From Cycas panzhihuaensis (taxonomy: Eukaryota > Plantae > Cycadophyta): a stretch of DNA of 64,000 nt. The stretch spans positions 14,818,001 to 14,882,000 of the forward strand of contig CM041465.1 of the NCBI GenBank assembly GCA_023213395.1, read 5' to 3'. The notes under the pieces are model-generated. The model was not told the DNA's origin and ran no database searches. It saw nothing but the letters and a program-made list of their open reading frames with translations. The stretch's first letter is position 1; each line of letters starts with the position of its first letter. This document shows positions 24,680-40,299 of this stretch, one piece after another. Position numbers and translations under genes: made by a program.

Positions 24680-27050
24680 CCATTACAACTATTGCCTATC
24701 TAATAAATAGAAGTCCTACTATTGTAGTCAAGAGCATCACTCTTGAGGAGGCTTAGTTAGGACTCAAAGTAATAGTTGCTCACTTAAAGACCTTTGGATG
24801 AATAGTGTATAAACTTATTCCTAATGAGAATAGGAAGAAATTAGATGAAAAAATCCTTAAGTATATATTCCTTAGCTATGCACTTCGTTGTAAAGCTTAT
24901 CAGATATTTGACATTATTAGAAACTAAGTCTATACTACTTAAGATGTAATATTTACTAAAGATACTTAAGACTTGGATCCCACACAACTTCAATTTATAG
25001 TAGAAGATGATATTTGTGCACCTGAAGTACCTCTTATATTAATTTTAGAGCCACCTGTACCTATATCCTCCTACACACCATGTTCATCTTTAGCTCCAGT
25101 AGTCTTAATATCTATATTAGATGCTAGCACATCAATGCCACCTATTTCAGCTAATGACCTTTAGGTGGAAGCTACTAGTTTTCAACCACCTCTTAAGTGG
25201 CTCTAATAATTGATAAAGGATGCTCCTCCTCCTCCCATAGCTACCAAAATAGTGCAAAAAATGAGACACTCCACCAACTTTGCCCTAATGGTACATGTCT
25301 TAGGAACATTTGAGGCTTTTATATTTGAGGAGGTAATCAAAGACCAAATGTGGAAATCATCCACAGATGAAGAGATGAATTCCATCTTGAAAAATAAAAC
25401 TTAGGAACTGATATAATTGCTACCTAGAAAAAAGCTATTTAATTGTTGATGGCTATATAAAACTAAGTTCCATGCAGATGATACCATCAAGTATCATAAA
25501 GCTCTCCTTATTATAAAAGGTTTTAAATAGTAGGAGGGGATAGACTATGATGACATCTATACATTGATAGCATATGACCACATTCTATTTGGTGATATCA
25601 CTAGCAACCCAATTCAACTAGCCAATTTACCAAATAGATGTAAAGAGCGATTTCCTCAATGGAGAGCTCATAGAAGAGGTTTTCTTAAAGTAACCTCATA
25701 GCTATACTATTATTAGTAAAGAAAACTTAGTTTGTAAGCATGAGAAAGCCTTGTATAGACTCAAGGAGGTACCACATGCCTGGTATATAAAAATTGATGT
25801 TTTTTTCACTTAGCATGGATTCCATTGTTCACCCTCTAATTCAGACTTGTATATTTGGATTAGAAGAAATTTTATCATCATCATTATACTTTATGTGGAT
25901 GATTTGGTGATCACATGCAATGACACTGAATGCATAACTTAGTTACAATTTGAACTAAAAAATAACTTTAAGATGATAGATATTGGGTTATTACACTATT
26001 TTCTTGGCATTGAAGTATGGCAGGAAACATGACACATCTTCCTGTTACAATCAAAGTATGCCAATGAACTCTTATAATGGTTCAGAATGATAGATTGCAA
26101 GCCAATCCCAATTCCCTTGGAAATAGGAACTAAGCTAAACTTAGATGAGCAAGGCAAGCCATTTGATCCTACTTTGTACTAGTAGTTTGTTGGGAGTCTC
26201 ATCTACCTTACACATACTCATATAGATATTTCTTATACTATTGGGATCTACTCCAGTGTCGAAGCCCAAAGCATCCCCTTGGAAGGCTACCATTAGGATT
26301 CTCAAGTACATTTATGGCACGCATCAATTTATATTTGATTATAACTAAATGAAATTTCCTACCCTAAAAGGACATAAGGATGCTGATTGGGTAGGTTGCC
26401 AAGATACATGCCACTCAACTTCAGGGTATTATTTTGACATGGATTTAGGTGTAATCTCTTGAAATTGCAAGAAGAATCTAAAGGATGCTCTTTCCTCCAC
26501 TAAAGTTGAATACAAAGCAACTATCAATTCCACTATAGAGTTGAGTTGGCTTAGAAAGATTCTTATAGAGTTTGAACTTCAACAGACTACACCCACCATT
26601 CTTTACTGCGATAACCAAAGTATGCTAAAGATAACGAAGAATCCAATTTTCCATGCTAGAACTAAGCACATAGAGGTCTACCATCACGTCATCCATTAGC
26701 ATGTTTAAAATGGAGAAGTAAATCTTATTTACTAACCAATTGAGGAGTAGGTTACAGATATATTCACTAAAGCACTTGATAAACCAAAGTTTGAATGGTT
26801 TTATCATGACCTCAACATCAAATATAATGAAGTTGTTATTAAGGAAGGGTATTAAGACATGTAATAACCCCTTCATTACTTGTAAATTATGTACACTTAT
26901 AACTATGTAACCTAAGGGGTGATCCCCACTATAGATTTAATCATAATATAAATATTGGTTAGGCCTACCTCCTTTACTAATACGTTGGTCAATGAGTTCA
27001 TTATATTTTTGGGGTGTTTTGCTTATAAATTAAGCCTAAGCCCTATGCTT
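24680..27050 (+). mobile_element. Ty1/Copia C, 5'-truncated (INT end, RT, RNase H, 3' LTR from ~26850)
   Basis: YLINRSPT, LYVDDL (~25890), DADWVGC, YCDNQS, FHARTKHIEV; PPT ttaaggaaggg. LTR end not resolved. Confidence 0.8.
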
Positions 27051-27915
27051 TGTACATATATTGGAGAAATTACATGAAAAAGCTCTACTAAAATAGAGAT
27101 GCACATTATAACCAATTTACTTGTAGTGAACTTGCATTGCATATTTGGCTTTAAATTTGATGTTTGATTTGCTTTCTTAAGTATATATAATTGTATACAC
27201 ATTGATTTAGATCTTAATGATAAATTAACAATTGGTTGAGGCTTAGACATTATAGGAATAGTAGAGGATATGAGAGGATGTTGATAACAATATTATCCTT
27301 TCCTTTCTTATAGGTGATAGTAAAATCAAACACCTAAAGATGCTTGATTCACTTAACTTACTCTTTTAATAAAAATTACTAGTCAAGAAGATGACAAAGG
27401 TTGCGATGGTTTATTAAAATAGTAAATTTGGAACTAAAGAGATATTAGTACCACTTATTAACAACATGTATAATAGATTCCATTTTCTTTTGGTATGTTG
27501 ATAATTAACATTTATGGCCTCTAAGATTATGGAATTCAAATGTTATTAGGTGAAAGTTCAACATGAGCATTACACCCAAACTAAATCCAAAAACATCACC
27601 TTCTAACTGGAAGGTTTGGAGAAATCTAGGGTAGCAAGGATTGGGGTGGATGTTGTGATTATTTTAAGATAATTAAAGGTATCATTTGTATTTTGTGATG
27701 ATTGAAATGAACCCTTACAAAGTAGATTGGTTAGTGGGGTTGCAAGAATAATCGTTAGAATCCCATGAGCCCTAAGAAAGCACACAACTACATGATATTT
27801 TTAGGTGTAGGCCATGTATTAATAACTAATAGGCACTATAACTCATATTTACTAAATTCACATTTAGATATCTTAGCATAGAGTTGATGCTAGTTGAGAA
27901 CTTGAAGGACAACTT

Positions 27916-30900
27916 TGATGAATAGTTAGTTATAAAGCAGTGTTTATGTATAAATCAATCTTTTATTAGTAGTTAGGTAAAGTAGTTAGTTAGAGAACAT
28001 GCAAAGCAAGGATGACAAATGTCCATCTTGTAAATACTTCATTTAAGTATTAATACTTAAGAAATTAATGAAAAAGATCACTAGAAGGTTTCACAAATTT
28101 CTCTCATGAACTTTTTCTTCCAACTTAATTTATGTACTTACATCATTTTTTTGGTATTAGAGCATTTAACTCCTAATGAAATTTTAGTCATGAGATCTTC
28201 AAAGATTATCCTCTGTGGTTTTCATTCTCCATCCTTGTTTTGTCGCAAGTTTAGAACATCAACAACTATGTAACAACATACTATCAAATCCACATACGGA
28301 CACAGACTTGCATTAATGGTCATCTAAACCAAGAAAAATCGAAGGCATCATCTGCATAGAAGGTACTTAAATTTGTTTTAAATAAATTTGATATAAAAAC
28401 AAATAGATTTAATTGAACAATGAGGCCAATTGCCACGTGCCTCCATAAAGATTCAACATGCTTTAATTTGAGTTTTGTTTATTAGAACCCTAGCATATAA
28501 CACTCTATAAGATCATAATTGCATGATATACCTACACGCAAAGTTTTAAAAGAATCTAATTTTTGTCTTGCTCATAATGTTCTCTTGAAGATTTTTAAAA
28601 TTGCTTGACCATCACGTTATAGTATAAAATATTTTTTAATAATATAATATTATGAACTTTGGATTATTAAAAAAAGAATATTCTAGCTATATACTAAAGT
28701 TAATTGAACCTTTTAACTTTAGTTTATTTCTTTTCTTTTTTCTCTCTTTTAATCATTTAAAAAGAGGAATTAACTCTTTTAAAGATTATTTTTAAGCCTT
28801 GGAGTCATTGAGATTATTACTCATATATACAATACATAAGGGAGGTAAGGAATATAATTTAACAATAATGAATATGTCATTTACCACTATCTCTTTACTT
28901 ATGGGCAATCAAGCAACCAAGTTGGTTAGTGGCTCCAAATCCATGGTCCTTTATATTATTCACCAAGAAAAAATAGATAACTATAATAAAATTTTGCTAG
29001 CAGCAATAAAAACTATTTTGGATGTGTATACTAATGTGTTCCAAGTGTTGGAAAACACAAATGAAGTAAATAAGGTTAATAGGACCTTTCATATGAGATA
29101 GATATCAAGCAGAAATAGATCACGTGGGACACTAGATTACTGCGGGAAACCCTTACGGGTGAAAACCCACAAATCATATTATTCATATTATGACAACATG
29201 ATGATGTTACAAAGCTGGACTTTGATCTATATTTATAGATATAAAGTGTCAAAATATCAATATAATTTACATCCGTTGGGTCACTACACTCAAGAATATT
29301 CTCCACATAATTAGGTAAATAAATAGGGAGGCCCACTTTATATTAGTCAGTATGGACACATATTCTAATATCCCCTCCTAATGTAAATGTGGGGTAACAA
29401 GGTTTATCATTGGGAATAGATAGATCCCCTCTTAAGGGTAACCTTACCTAACCCAATATACGCGAACATCGATGTAGCGATCATCTGTTTGAGCTTAGTG
29501 AATACATCCATAAGTCAATCTTCACTTGGACAATCTTCAACATGCATCTTCCCTAATTTAGATGTAATGGTGCCATGCCTTATATGTGCTCAATTCTTTG
29601 GATGTGACTCCAATAGACCTGCAACCATACAACTCTCTTAGCACCTGACACTTTGTCCATTTAACTCAACCATATTCCTTTGACTAAACCAAGAGGTTGA
29701 GTCATTTAAGCCTTGTGAATCACCTCTTTAAGTCTTCATTAGGGAATGTTGATATGATACAATGCTTAACTATCTAAAGCTACTAAAGTAAGGATCAAAT
29801 GGACCATAAATATAGAGATGAGTGTAAATGTCTCATCATACCTTAATCCTTCTTCTTACTAGAGATCACTTGCGCAACAAGTCTTCAAACTTGTAAACTG
29901 ATAAGGTTCTTTGCTTCAATACAACTCTCCATTGCGAATCAACACTCGCTAGAATGTTGGTATCTATCTCAAGCTTTGATTGGCATGCTGATCCATGATC
30001 TTCCATCATCCTATAGGTCTTCAACTGTTAATGGAACATGGGGTTGCAATCCATGTTTCATCATCTAATAGCTCCTCATCATCAATCTTTCACTAAGTCC
30101 TACTTCCATCTCAAGCACAATGTTAGGCAACCAAACCTCCACATTTGTTGAACAACAACTCAGAAAAGTAAAGCAATGAAGGATAAATCATGTAACCAAA
30201 TGACACTCAACATGATACGTTATAAACCCATCAACTCAACATCTAGACTGAAACCCATCAACTCAACATCTAGACTGATCACAATGCATTCCCATGCAGA
30301 TCACACTGCTTGTAAGCTAAACAACCCATAGGCTTTAAACTCTTGTAATCTTACTATTGCAATCATCGTCTAAGATGTGTGCACTCCAATGCACGAAAAG
30401 AAATAAATGGAAGGCTTTTGACTTTGTCTGAACACATAATAAGAGGGGAAAATATTCCATGAACAGTCATAACAAGGGTACCCATACCTGTCTACTACAG
30501 TTTCTACCAATAAACATGGGAGGCAAACCACAACATATACCAACCTCACCATCTGCATCATGATACTCACTTGTAATGAAACCTTACAAGACAATTATAC
30601 ATACCATAACAAAGGTATCATTGATTTTAAGGCATCTAATCTTAGACCTTTCCATTCACACTTTAACTTTTATTAATTACACTATCTTGGTTCCATATCA
30701 TACTTGTTTAGATATGCACCTATGTTGAACTAATATCAAACTAGGCCACAAACCTCATGCTATCATCAGTCTAACAAGCCAAAGTATAATGGTCCATCAT
30801 CAACTAACAACCACTCATACAAGCAAATTCTGAACTTCATGTCACCTCATATACATATGATGCAATAGAACTCAAATATAATCTAAATAAATCACACTCA

Positions 30901-33900
30901 TTTCACAAAATAAACCACATAAACATGAACTTTATGCAACGATCTATGCCACACTAAAATAGTAGTAGCAAAGTCTGCATTAAATTGTAGCTAAGATATC
31001 TCACTCAAACTAGCTCTTCTTTGCCCATCTCTTGCCCATCATCGCCCTTATACTTGCCCAAGCTTGCCCTCAAGCGTGCCCAATTAGCTTTCCATGTAAT
31101 CTCACCTGCATGAAGCACCTCATCTCATCCTTCTTCGCCCATAATCTCTTTTATGTAAACCACATGCAAGGAACATAAAACATTGCCTCATATCACCTAT
31201 TCTTCGCCATAATTGAAGCGTGCTTAATGCACTCTCTTCATCTCAAGTTGCCATCATCACATAACTCACCCTCCCATGTAAAGCACACGCAAGAGAGCTA
31301 AGTATCACCCTCTCATGCAATCACATGCAAGAGAACTATCAAACATCATAAAGTCACCAACATGCCATATGTCACCATGCCTTATGTACACCTCATATAT
31401 TTTCACCTCATGCATGCCATTAAATCAAAGTGAAAAAGAAATATATAATATGCTTTAACCTTTGAAAGGAATGATTAAAATATTTGATAATATATCAAAT
31501 ATCATTATATTCATTAGTGAGTAATATATTAATCCATATATCAAATCATAGTTGATTAGATTAAAGGCATCTTCATATTATTAAATCACTATAAATGATT
31601 TAATAACATCAAAATGTAATAATATGACAATGATGAACTTTATGAAATATCAATGTAACTAGATATAATTGACTTTATATGAAAGGCGGCTTAGAATATA
31701 TATCAAATGTTGAATTATACATCATATATCATATGATAATAATATATAATATATGGGCAACTATGCATAAAAAAGCGATATGAAAATTGAAGTGGCAGCG
31801 GTTGCATATCAAATGATAATGATCAACAAGCGACTTTAGATTATAATATCAAACAACAACAATCAACAAGCGACTTTAGATTATAATATCAAACGTCATA
31901 CAATTGATATAATAATGGGCGATGACCCAAAAATAATATATTACAATGGCACACATAATATCTATGACTAGCATCTTATCAACATCCATGTAATATATGA
32001 TAGATAATTATGGGTGACTTCAGTGAACTATCACGGCTGCGAGGGTATAAATTACGTAGGTGAATGGAATTCACTCATGGTGAACATTGGCTAGGAAACA
32101 AAAATACATAGCAGCCGGTGAAAATACACGTAGGATTCATGATGAAAATACACATAGGATTCACAGCTATCACACATAACATTATACATATTAACCAGGC
32201 AAATGGTGGTGAACTGCCAATGTATCACGACAATCATATAATGAACAATCTGCTAAATATCAATCACGTGGGTGATAAACGATGAGCAAATAATGATAAA
32301 AAACTATTATATATATGATGAATATACATATATAACAGTGAGATTATATATTAACCGTATCATCTCAAAATAGTGACAAAATTATATAAATTGTGTCTAT
32401 ATCAATTATGAGAAATGGTTAACTAAATAAATTATTCACAAGCGAGCAACCAAATATATTATTCAAACCCTAATTTTATTAATCAAGTGTTAATATATTG
32501 TAGTACAATGAGTATAACTTTATATTTATTTCTATATTAATGATATATGGGTCTGCAACTAGCTCTGTTAGGGTTCCAACACTCTCCCACTAGTAATAGA
32601 GGGCTGGCAAATATCTCCAGGGTACACAAACTCAGTGGCATCATCAAATAGGGATCCGACACCTTAAATAGGCTTAAATTGCACTGATGTGGCTGGAAAT
32701 AGAGTTAGAACTTATCCACACACCTCCATATAGCTCATAATACCTACAGACAAGGATAGAAGGCTCCTGAGATCCTCTAATGATCATCTGCACCACTGTG
32801 GTTATTCTGTAAGGTTATCAGACATGCCAATCAACTAAGAGCAAGCCAACATGACCTGACACCATTGATTATACCTCATGACAACGATCATCTACCTGTA
32901 CACAACCTACATGCTTTGATACCATGCTGGAAAACATAAATAAAGTAAATAAGGTCAACAAGAACTTTCACATCAGGTAGATATTAAGCAGAAACAAATC
33001 ACACAAGACACTAGATTATCATGGAAAACCCTTACAGGTGAAAATCCATAAATAATATTATTAACATTATGAGAAAATGATGATGTTACAAAGTTAGACT
33101 TTGATCTATATTTATAGATCTAAAGTGCCAAAATATCAATACAATTTACATTTGTTAGGTCACTACACTCAAGAATATTCTCCATATAATTAGGCAAATA
33201 AATAAAGAGGCCCACTTTACATTAGTCAGTACATATTTCAACACTAAGAGCTAAAGGGAATACCTCCCATATGGGTAATACAACATACTATTGATCTATT
33301 TCTTAGTGTATCTATGCTTAATCAAGCCCTATATAGACCCACACTAGCTACTAAAGTGGAATTAGAAAGATAACTTGCACAATTAATAGATGAAGGAAAA
33401 ATATAACTAAGCTACTCTCCTTGTAGTTCTCTAGTAATTCTAGTACCTAAAAAAAATAATGAATGGTGCTTTTGTATTTACTACATGGTTCTCAACAAAG
33501 TAATAATAAAAAATATGTATCCACTACCTCATATAGATGATTTGCTAGATCAACTTCAAGGAGCCAAATACTTCTCAAAAATTAATTTAGTCTATAATTA
33601 TCATCAAGTCTGCATGGATGCCAAGGATACTTGGAAGACATCATTCAAAACATAACATGGCTTATATGAATGGCTAGTAATGCCCTTTGGGCTTATTAAT
33701 GTTCTTGCAACTTTTATGTGCCTCATAAATGATATCCTCCAGCCACATCTTGGTAAATTTATTATTGCTTACCTTGATGATATCTTAGTTTACAATAAGA
33801 CGTTATAGGAGTATTAAAAGCATTTTGATGTAAACTTGTCATTTTTATACTAACATCAACTAAAGGTTAAGCTTAAAAAATGCTCTTTTAGTCAAAACTC

Positions 33901-36286
33901 CATCTCTTATCTTGGATTTATCATCAACACTCAAGGAATTTAGGTTGACCCATCCAAAGTTCAAATTATTAAGGATTGGTTAACTCCTAAAACTCATATA
34001 GAACTTAAAGGCTTCTTGGGTAGCATTAACTTCTATAAAAAAATTATCTAACATTTCTTTAGTATTGCACATTTATTAAATGCTCTTACTAGTAGCAAAA
34101 AAAGAATTCACACAGAGCCCTTAAGTTGAATATGTATTCTAGAAATTAAAAGTTGCTCTCTGTATTGCACCAGTCCTTCAACTACATAATGAAGAGTAAC
34201 CATTCAAGTTAGAAGTAGATGCCTCTCAATTTACCTTAGGCACAATGCTTAAGCAAGGAGGATATCCTATTACTTATCATTTAGAGGCCTTTTCTCAAGC
34301 CATGATAAATTATAACATGTATAACAAAGAGTTTTATGCTCTAACATAAGCTCTTAAATATTGATGACAATTCTTAGTAGGTAAAGAAACTGTAGTCCAT
34401 ACTAATCATAAACCATTATAGCTTCTCAACACTTAGTCAAAGTTTCAAGAGCACAGGCATCTCACGTGGACATCTTATATACAACAATTCAGTCTTATTA
34501 TCAAATATAGAAAAGGAGCAACTAACAAGGTAGCAGATTTCCTTAGTCACCCTCTAAACTTGGCATTCATAACATTGTTGAATAATCACGTTGCCTCTTA
34601 TTTAGAATGGAGAAATCTCAAAAACATAGATCCTCATTTTTAGCCTGTCCTATAGGCATTTGCACATCCCATAACCACTAATTTATAACTATTTTTGGAT
34701 TATCACATCGAAGATGGCTTATTATACAAATTTAATAAGCTTTGTGTACCTATTATTGCACTACATTAATAACTTCTAAAAGAAGTTCACTTGTCCTCTT
34801 ATAATAACCACTTTGGGACTTAGAAGATGCTTCAACATTTACAATGATACTTTTATTTACCATCCATGTAAAAAATGGCTCATGCCTATATTCAATGTTA
34901 TTCACTATGCAATAAATTCAAACTCTAGAATAGGAAGCTTAACCTATATTAGCCATTACTAGTTCCTACCTGACCATAGGAATCAATTTCAATGGACTTC
35001 TTCACTAGACCTCCCACTACATAATACAATAATGATTGCATTTTTATTATTGTATGTTGATTCTCTAAAATGGCTATATTCATACCATGTAAAAAAGAGA
35101 TATTTGCCACATAAGCTACTACATTATTTTTTTAATACGTCTGGACCCACTTTGGGCTACCTCTTTCTATTATTTCTGATAGGGATAATCATTTTTTAAG
35201 TTATTTTTGGTAATCTTTATGGAAGATGCTCAGTTATCAGCTTAAATTCTCTACATCCTTTTATTTAAAAACTATTGGATAGATTGAGGTGGTTAATAGA
35301 ACACTATTTCAAGCTCTAAAAAGTTTTCAACATCACAGTAAGTAATGGGATATCAACCTCCATCATGTTCAACACAACTATAATTAGGCTACTCATCGTT
35401 TAATACGATATTCTCCATTTGAAGTTTATTATGACTATCAACCATTAGATCCTTATGAACTTCCTCTAGTAGTTCCTCACACAACCAGTGAGAATAAGTA
35501 CAGATAACTACACAAGGCTTCTAATTTCATTGAGTATCTTTTGTATCTTCACATGTCAGTCCAACAAATACACCCAAAAATGCAAGATCACTATAAGACT
35601 CTATATGATCAGTATAGAGTTTCAACCAATTTTAATGTTGGTGATAGAGTTTGGTTCCACTTTAATAAAATAAAGTTCAAACATTACCATAAGCTCAAAC
35701 CTATAAGGTTTGGTCCTTATACAATCATCCAATAAGTAGGTCCTAATGCTTATAGGTTAGATTTACCTCCACATTTAGGAAATCATAATGTGGTAAATAT
35801 CAATAATCTAAAATTATATGAACCCCTATAATTAGAAGTAGAACCTATTATTATACATCCTTTAAAAACAATACGAGATATTCAACTACCATTACAAGAG
35901 GATACTTTATTAGACACCAGACAATGACACACACAACAATAACTCACCACCACATATCTTGTTTATAAGAAAGGAACTCAACCTACCAAAGTAAAGTGGA
36001 ATTTTGAAGCTGACTTTAGCCATAGTTTTCCTCATCTTCAATAAAAATTAAGGACAATTTCTTCTAACTAGGGAGGAAATGATGAATAGTTAGTTATAAA
36101 GTAATATCTATAATTAGGTAAAGTAGTTAGTTAGAGAACATGTAAAGTAGGGACAACAAATGTCCATCTTGTAAACACTTCACTCAAGTATATATACTTG
36201 AGAAATTAATGAAAAAGATCACTAGAAGGTTTCACAAATTTCTCTCACACTCTTTTTCTTCTAGCTTCCTTTTTATACTTACATTA
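27916..36286 (+). mobile_element. Ty3/Gypsy E (chromovirus-type, gag/PR largely deleted)
   Basis: LTRs 27916-28145 and 36080-36286; TSD AACTT at 27911-27915 and 36287-36291; PBS tggtattagagc 28152-28163; RT ([18 protein letters not shown]) ~33250-33950; RNase H; INT; chromodomain-like YLVY.KG...KW...FPHL at ~35950-36040; PPT ctagggaggaaa. Confidence 0.88.
29046..33243 (-). mobile_element. Internally deleted Copia-derived LTR element nested in Gypsy E
   Basis: LTRs 29046-29370 and 32925-33243; TSD CCAAG/CTAAG; PBS tggtatcaaagc 32924-32913; PPT ttaggagggga; only scraps of Copia RT/RNase H at ~29470-29950. Host frame DVFQ|ELKGIPP resumes across it. Confidence 0.88.
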
Positions 36287-39200
36287 AACTTCTAAATATT
36301 AGAGTTAATGAGTCATGTAAGAACTATAAATAAGTATGCCATTAAATAAAGTAATGAAAATGTTTCAAAGGTAGAGACAAAAGATTTTATTCATTAAGGC
36401 CTAAAATATGGATAGGCTATTACAGAGTCTAAAGGACATGGCTTGAAATTCAAAGTGGCCATGATGCATCTAGAAGGCAGTCTTATAATGATTCATAGGG
36501 GTAAGAGAGATTTATCAATAGCCCAATTAAAAATCTAATTTAGAGAATATGCTAGTACCATGGATTTTATCTAACACGTCATCAATCCTTAGGGCCAAGA
36601 ACTTATTTTTTATGATGATCTTGTTAAGTTCATAGTAGTTAATTCATATTTAAAAGGAGCTATCCTCTTTACGAATAAGGATAATATGGGTAACATAGGG
36701 ACTTTTGTTAGGTTGGATGATCGCCATATCCATCTCAATTTCATTCTTTTACAAGTATGAGTTTTGATAAGGTATAAGGTTAATGGAATTATAGGGAGTT
36801 TTGAGCTCAATGGTATGGTAAGATCCACGATCTTGGTGGGGAGCTACTACAAAGAGGGGCAAAGGCAGACTGGTGCATAGAGAGGATGAGTTAGATATTT
36901 GGGTATATATTAGTATGGGCTTGAATATTATTGATGAATATCATATAGCCAACACTACTATTCAATTATTTATACATATGATTTAGAGAGGTGAGTTTAT
37001 TAAGGGACATCTAAATACTACGAAGTTTATATATTTGGAGAAGATTATCTTTAAATAATATGAGAGGATTATTAGGAGAATTATTAGTATTATAAGTACC
37101 AAGAGTTTGGAGCTATTGGATCCTAAAGATAACATCAAGCCCTCTAATAGATAAGACATAGAAATTTGAGGCCAAATGGTAAGTGCCAATCTAAATATAC
37201 AAAATTTTAACTTTTCCTATATAATAGAGAGTATGATATCTTGGTAGAGAATAAATAAACCCAAATTTAAGAACAATATATAAGTTAAGTTGCCTAGCTA
37301 AGGATATATTAATGTAGTTAAGTAATATATCATTGTTGATCAAGGTGGTAATGGGGTTTTACTGAATTGTGCCCTTGACATAAAGTGGTTTAGAGAAAGA
37401 ACTAGAAGAAACAACAAATAGAGGGTCTTTGGGCTTAAGATTTGGTATCAGTTCTTGTGGTGGTTATTCTTTAAGTTCATGGTTAGTATTAAAATCTTCC
37501 TATAAATATAGGTCATGGTTAATGGTGAAGACCTTTCGATTAACTTTGTAGACTTTGCCATGACTAAGGATCTATTTCTTTGAGTATTTAATAAATAAAC
37601 TAACCTCTCTATGCCTATTTACTTTTAATGTTAGTACATGGACTAGATCTATTGAGGGCTCTATTGATGGATACTATGACTCTTCTCTATATGATTGTTG
37701 ACATTGTAGGTTTGCTTACAGAGGATATTGGTACCAAATAAAGTCACAACAAAAAGTTGGTGGTTATTCAACTGCAAATTTAGCCTCAACTAACTTATCC
37801 ATACAGAAGGCTTCACTTAAATTCATTAGAGGAATTATCTTAAGGTATATTTAAATGTGTTCCTTGAGTCTAGATACATATACATTAATAACTATTTTTT
37901 GATCAAGTGGTTGGTTGAGTTGATTCTATAATGTTTGGAATTCTTTTGTATATGCTTTAATGGAAGTCATTTATTTTAGTTGAGTGAGTTAACTAAAGAA
38001 GGATTAATTATGTGCTTATTCATATTATTTAAATAAATTCTTGCAAAAATATGCATAGGTTTGATTTGTTAGATACTCTCATTACCACCAGTAAAACCAA
38101 TGATGTGCCTTGCCTTCTAAGTGAATAAAGACAAAGGTGAATTCATCCCCTATAGACATATGATTAAGAGCAAAGTATAACTCTAGCTTACTAATACAAC
38201 TTGTCATAATATCTATATTAAGATCTAGATAAAATATTAGTATCATAATTTTATGGTGGATTGGATGTTAATATGGTAGAGAAATGGATGTATATAAGGT
38301 AGGTAGAGGTGGGATGCCTATTATATGTAGGGGAGGTGGAGGTGGTATACCTATTGCATTTGAGGTAGATGCCATATTTGATACTGTTATAAATTATTAT
38401 ATGGATATATTCATAATATCATTGGCTAGCTTATTGATTTTTTAATTGAAGTTATTTGTTCTCTTATTAAGGTTATTATTTAGATATATAAATAGAGTCT
38501 CTAATGCTAAGAGTTGATATACTTAAGTGGGAGCCATTGTATGAATAAATACTATTGTTTAAAGAGATAAAAGAAAGGGATTTAAAGAGGAGGGAGTAAG
38601 GGGAGAAGAAGGGGTTATTAAAGAAATAAAAAATTAGATGGAGAGAATAGAAGTAAAGAATCGAGGGGAGGGGTCTATAGCCTGTTGACCCCTAATAATT
38701 TATAAAAATTTCATCTAGTGTATTAAGATGAATATGAAAAGTTTATGAAAATGATGTAGGTGAGGTTTAGGTGTGAAAATTAGGCTATAGGGCCCATGGG
38801 GTACTTATATACTATATTTTCCTAAAAATTTAGGTTGAAACTAATATAGTAAAAAATAATCAATATGACACATTCATTAAAATAAGAGACATAAATGATA
38901 AGAGTAAAATTTGACCGTGGGCCTTTTTTTTTTTAAATGGATAAACCTCTAGCATAAGTTTTGTCTACAAAAATATAATATATGTATAATTGACCTTACG
39001 GTGTGCTAAAGTAACTCTGAGAAGGTATAAGCCTGTAGGTAATGTTTTTTTTTTTAAATGATGAAGACTTTTAAACTTTCCAACTATAGGTTTAAACATA
39101 AAGGATTTTGTGAATAGAGGTTTGAATAAGTTTACTACTATTTCTATTATTATAATCTATAATATTTGACTATAATAACTTTCTTTCTATCTTATATCCT

Positions 39201-40299
39201 ATATATGATTATTTTTTTTTAGTATTCTTTGGCAATTCAAACAAATATTTGGGTAATTAACATTTTTATTAGACTTGGACATAGGTCTTGCTTGGTCTAT
39301 AGGCCCTCTAGTAAACTTTTCATTTATAATAACACTTAGTCTAATATCTCAAGTCACTAACTATAGAGGATTATCATACCTATAATTTTATTATTTGTGT
39401 TTAAGGTATTTGGAGAGGGTGACTTCTTAGTGTTAGTAATTAATTAGTATACTATAAATATTTAGGTGGTTGAATGGTTTCTTATTCTAGGTTATGGGAA
39501 TGGGAGCCTATAAAGGTCCTCCTATATACTTGAAGGCATATAAAGGCTCAATTCCATATGTAAGCACTATCTAGGGCATGAGTATTGGCAAAATTTACCT
39601 CACTTCATGTGTTGGTGTATACTCAAGTAGGCTTAGCCAAAAGCAACAGTTTTTCATGGATGTTTTAAAATCACTAGGACAAGGTTTCTCCCTAGACCTT
39701 TAAGGAAATTTGGATAATGTGGGAAATAAAAAGATTTGTGATCTTTACTCAATCTCTACAAATGATGGTGGAATATTACAAAGAGAGCATACAAACATAG
39801 AAATTAGTAAGTAAATAGAAATCAGATAAAGAGGAGAAAGGTTTGCAATATTTCATTACAGAAACATTTTTTCCCCTAAAATTTTAGCTCCTCTATATCT
39901 CCATGATCACATCGTACTGCTTTAAATAGACCAATGTGTTAAGATTTGATATTACTTGGGACAATTTTGTCCTCGTATCCTCCATAAATAAGTAGATTAA
40001 TAAGCTTATAGGACATAAAATGGAAACAAATAGACTTTCTCTTTATTAACAATAAGAACAAAATTACATAAAAGGACACTTACAAGGATACTAATTGGAC
40101 ACCAAAAGATATACTACAATACATAATTTCATATGATTTAAATAGACAATAATCCTCTATTTACACTATGTGGGTCTTAAATAGAAAATAAAAGCCTCTT
40201 ATATAGAATACCATTGGTGAGAACAAGTAGCATCTAATTCCATTGATCTAGTTAAGTGGCCCATGTATAAAAATTAATGGCTAGAACTAACCACTAGGT

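Larger units (their letters stand above)
27060..39720 (-). mobile_element. Ty3/Gypsy D1 (decayed), split in RT by nested Gypsy E
   Basis: gag (HLEGKAHHWFYWW ~38140-38090), protease, RT at 36800-36292 resuming at 27915, RNase H 27600-27300. Reverse complement is homologous to 43140-45660 + 53396-54140. Boundaries approximate. Confidence 0.75.
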
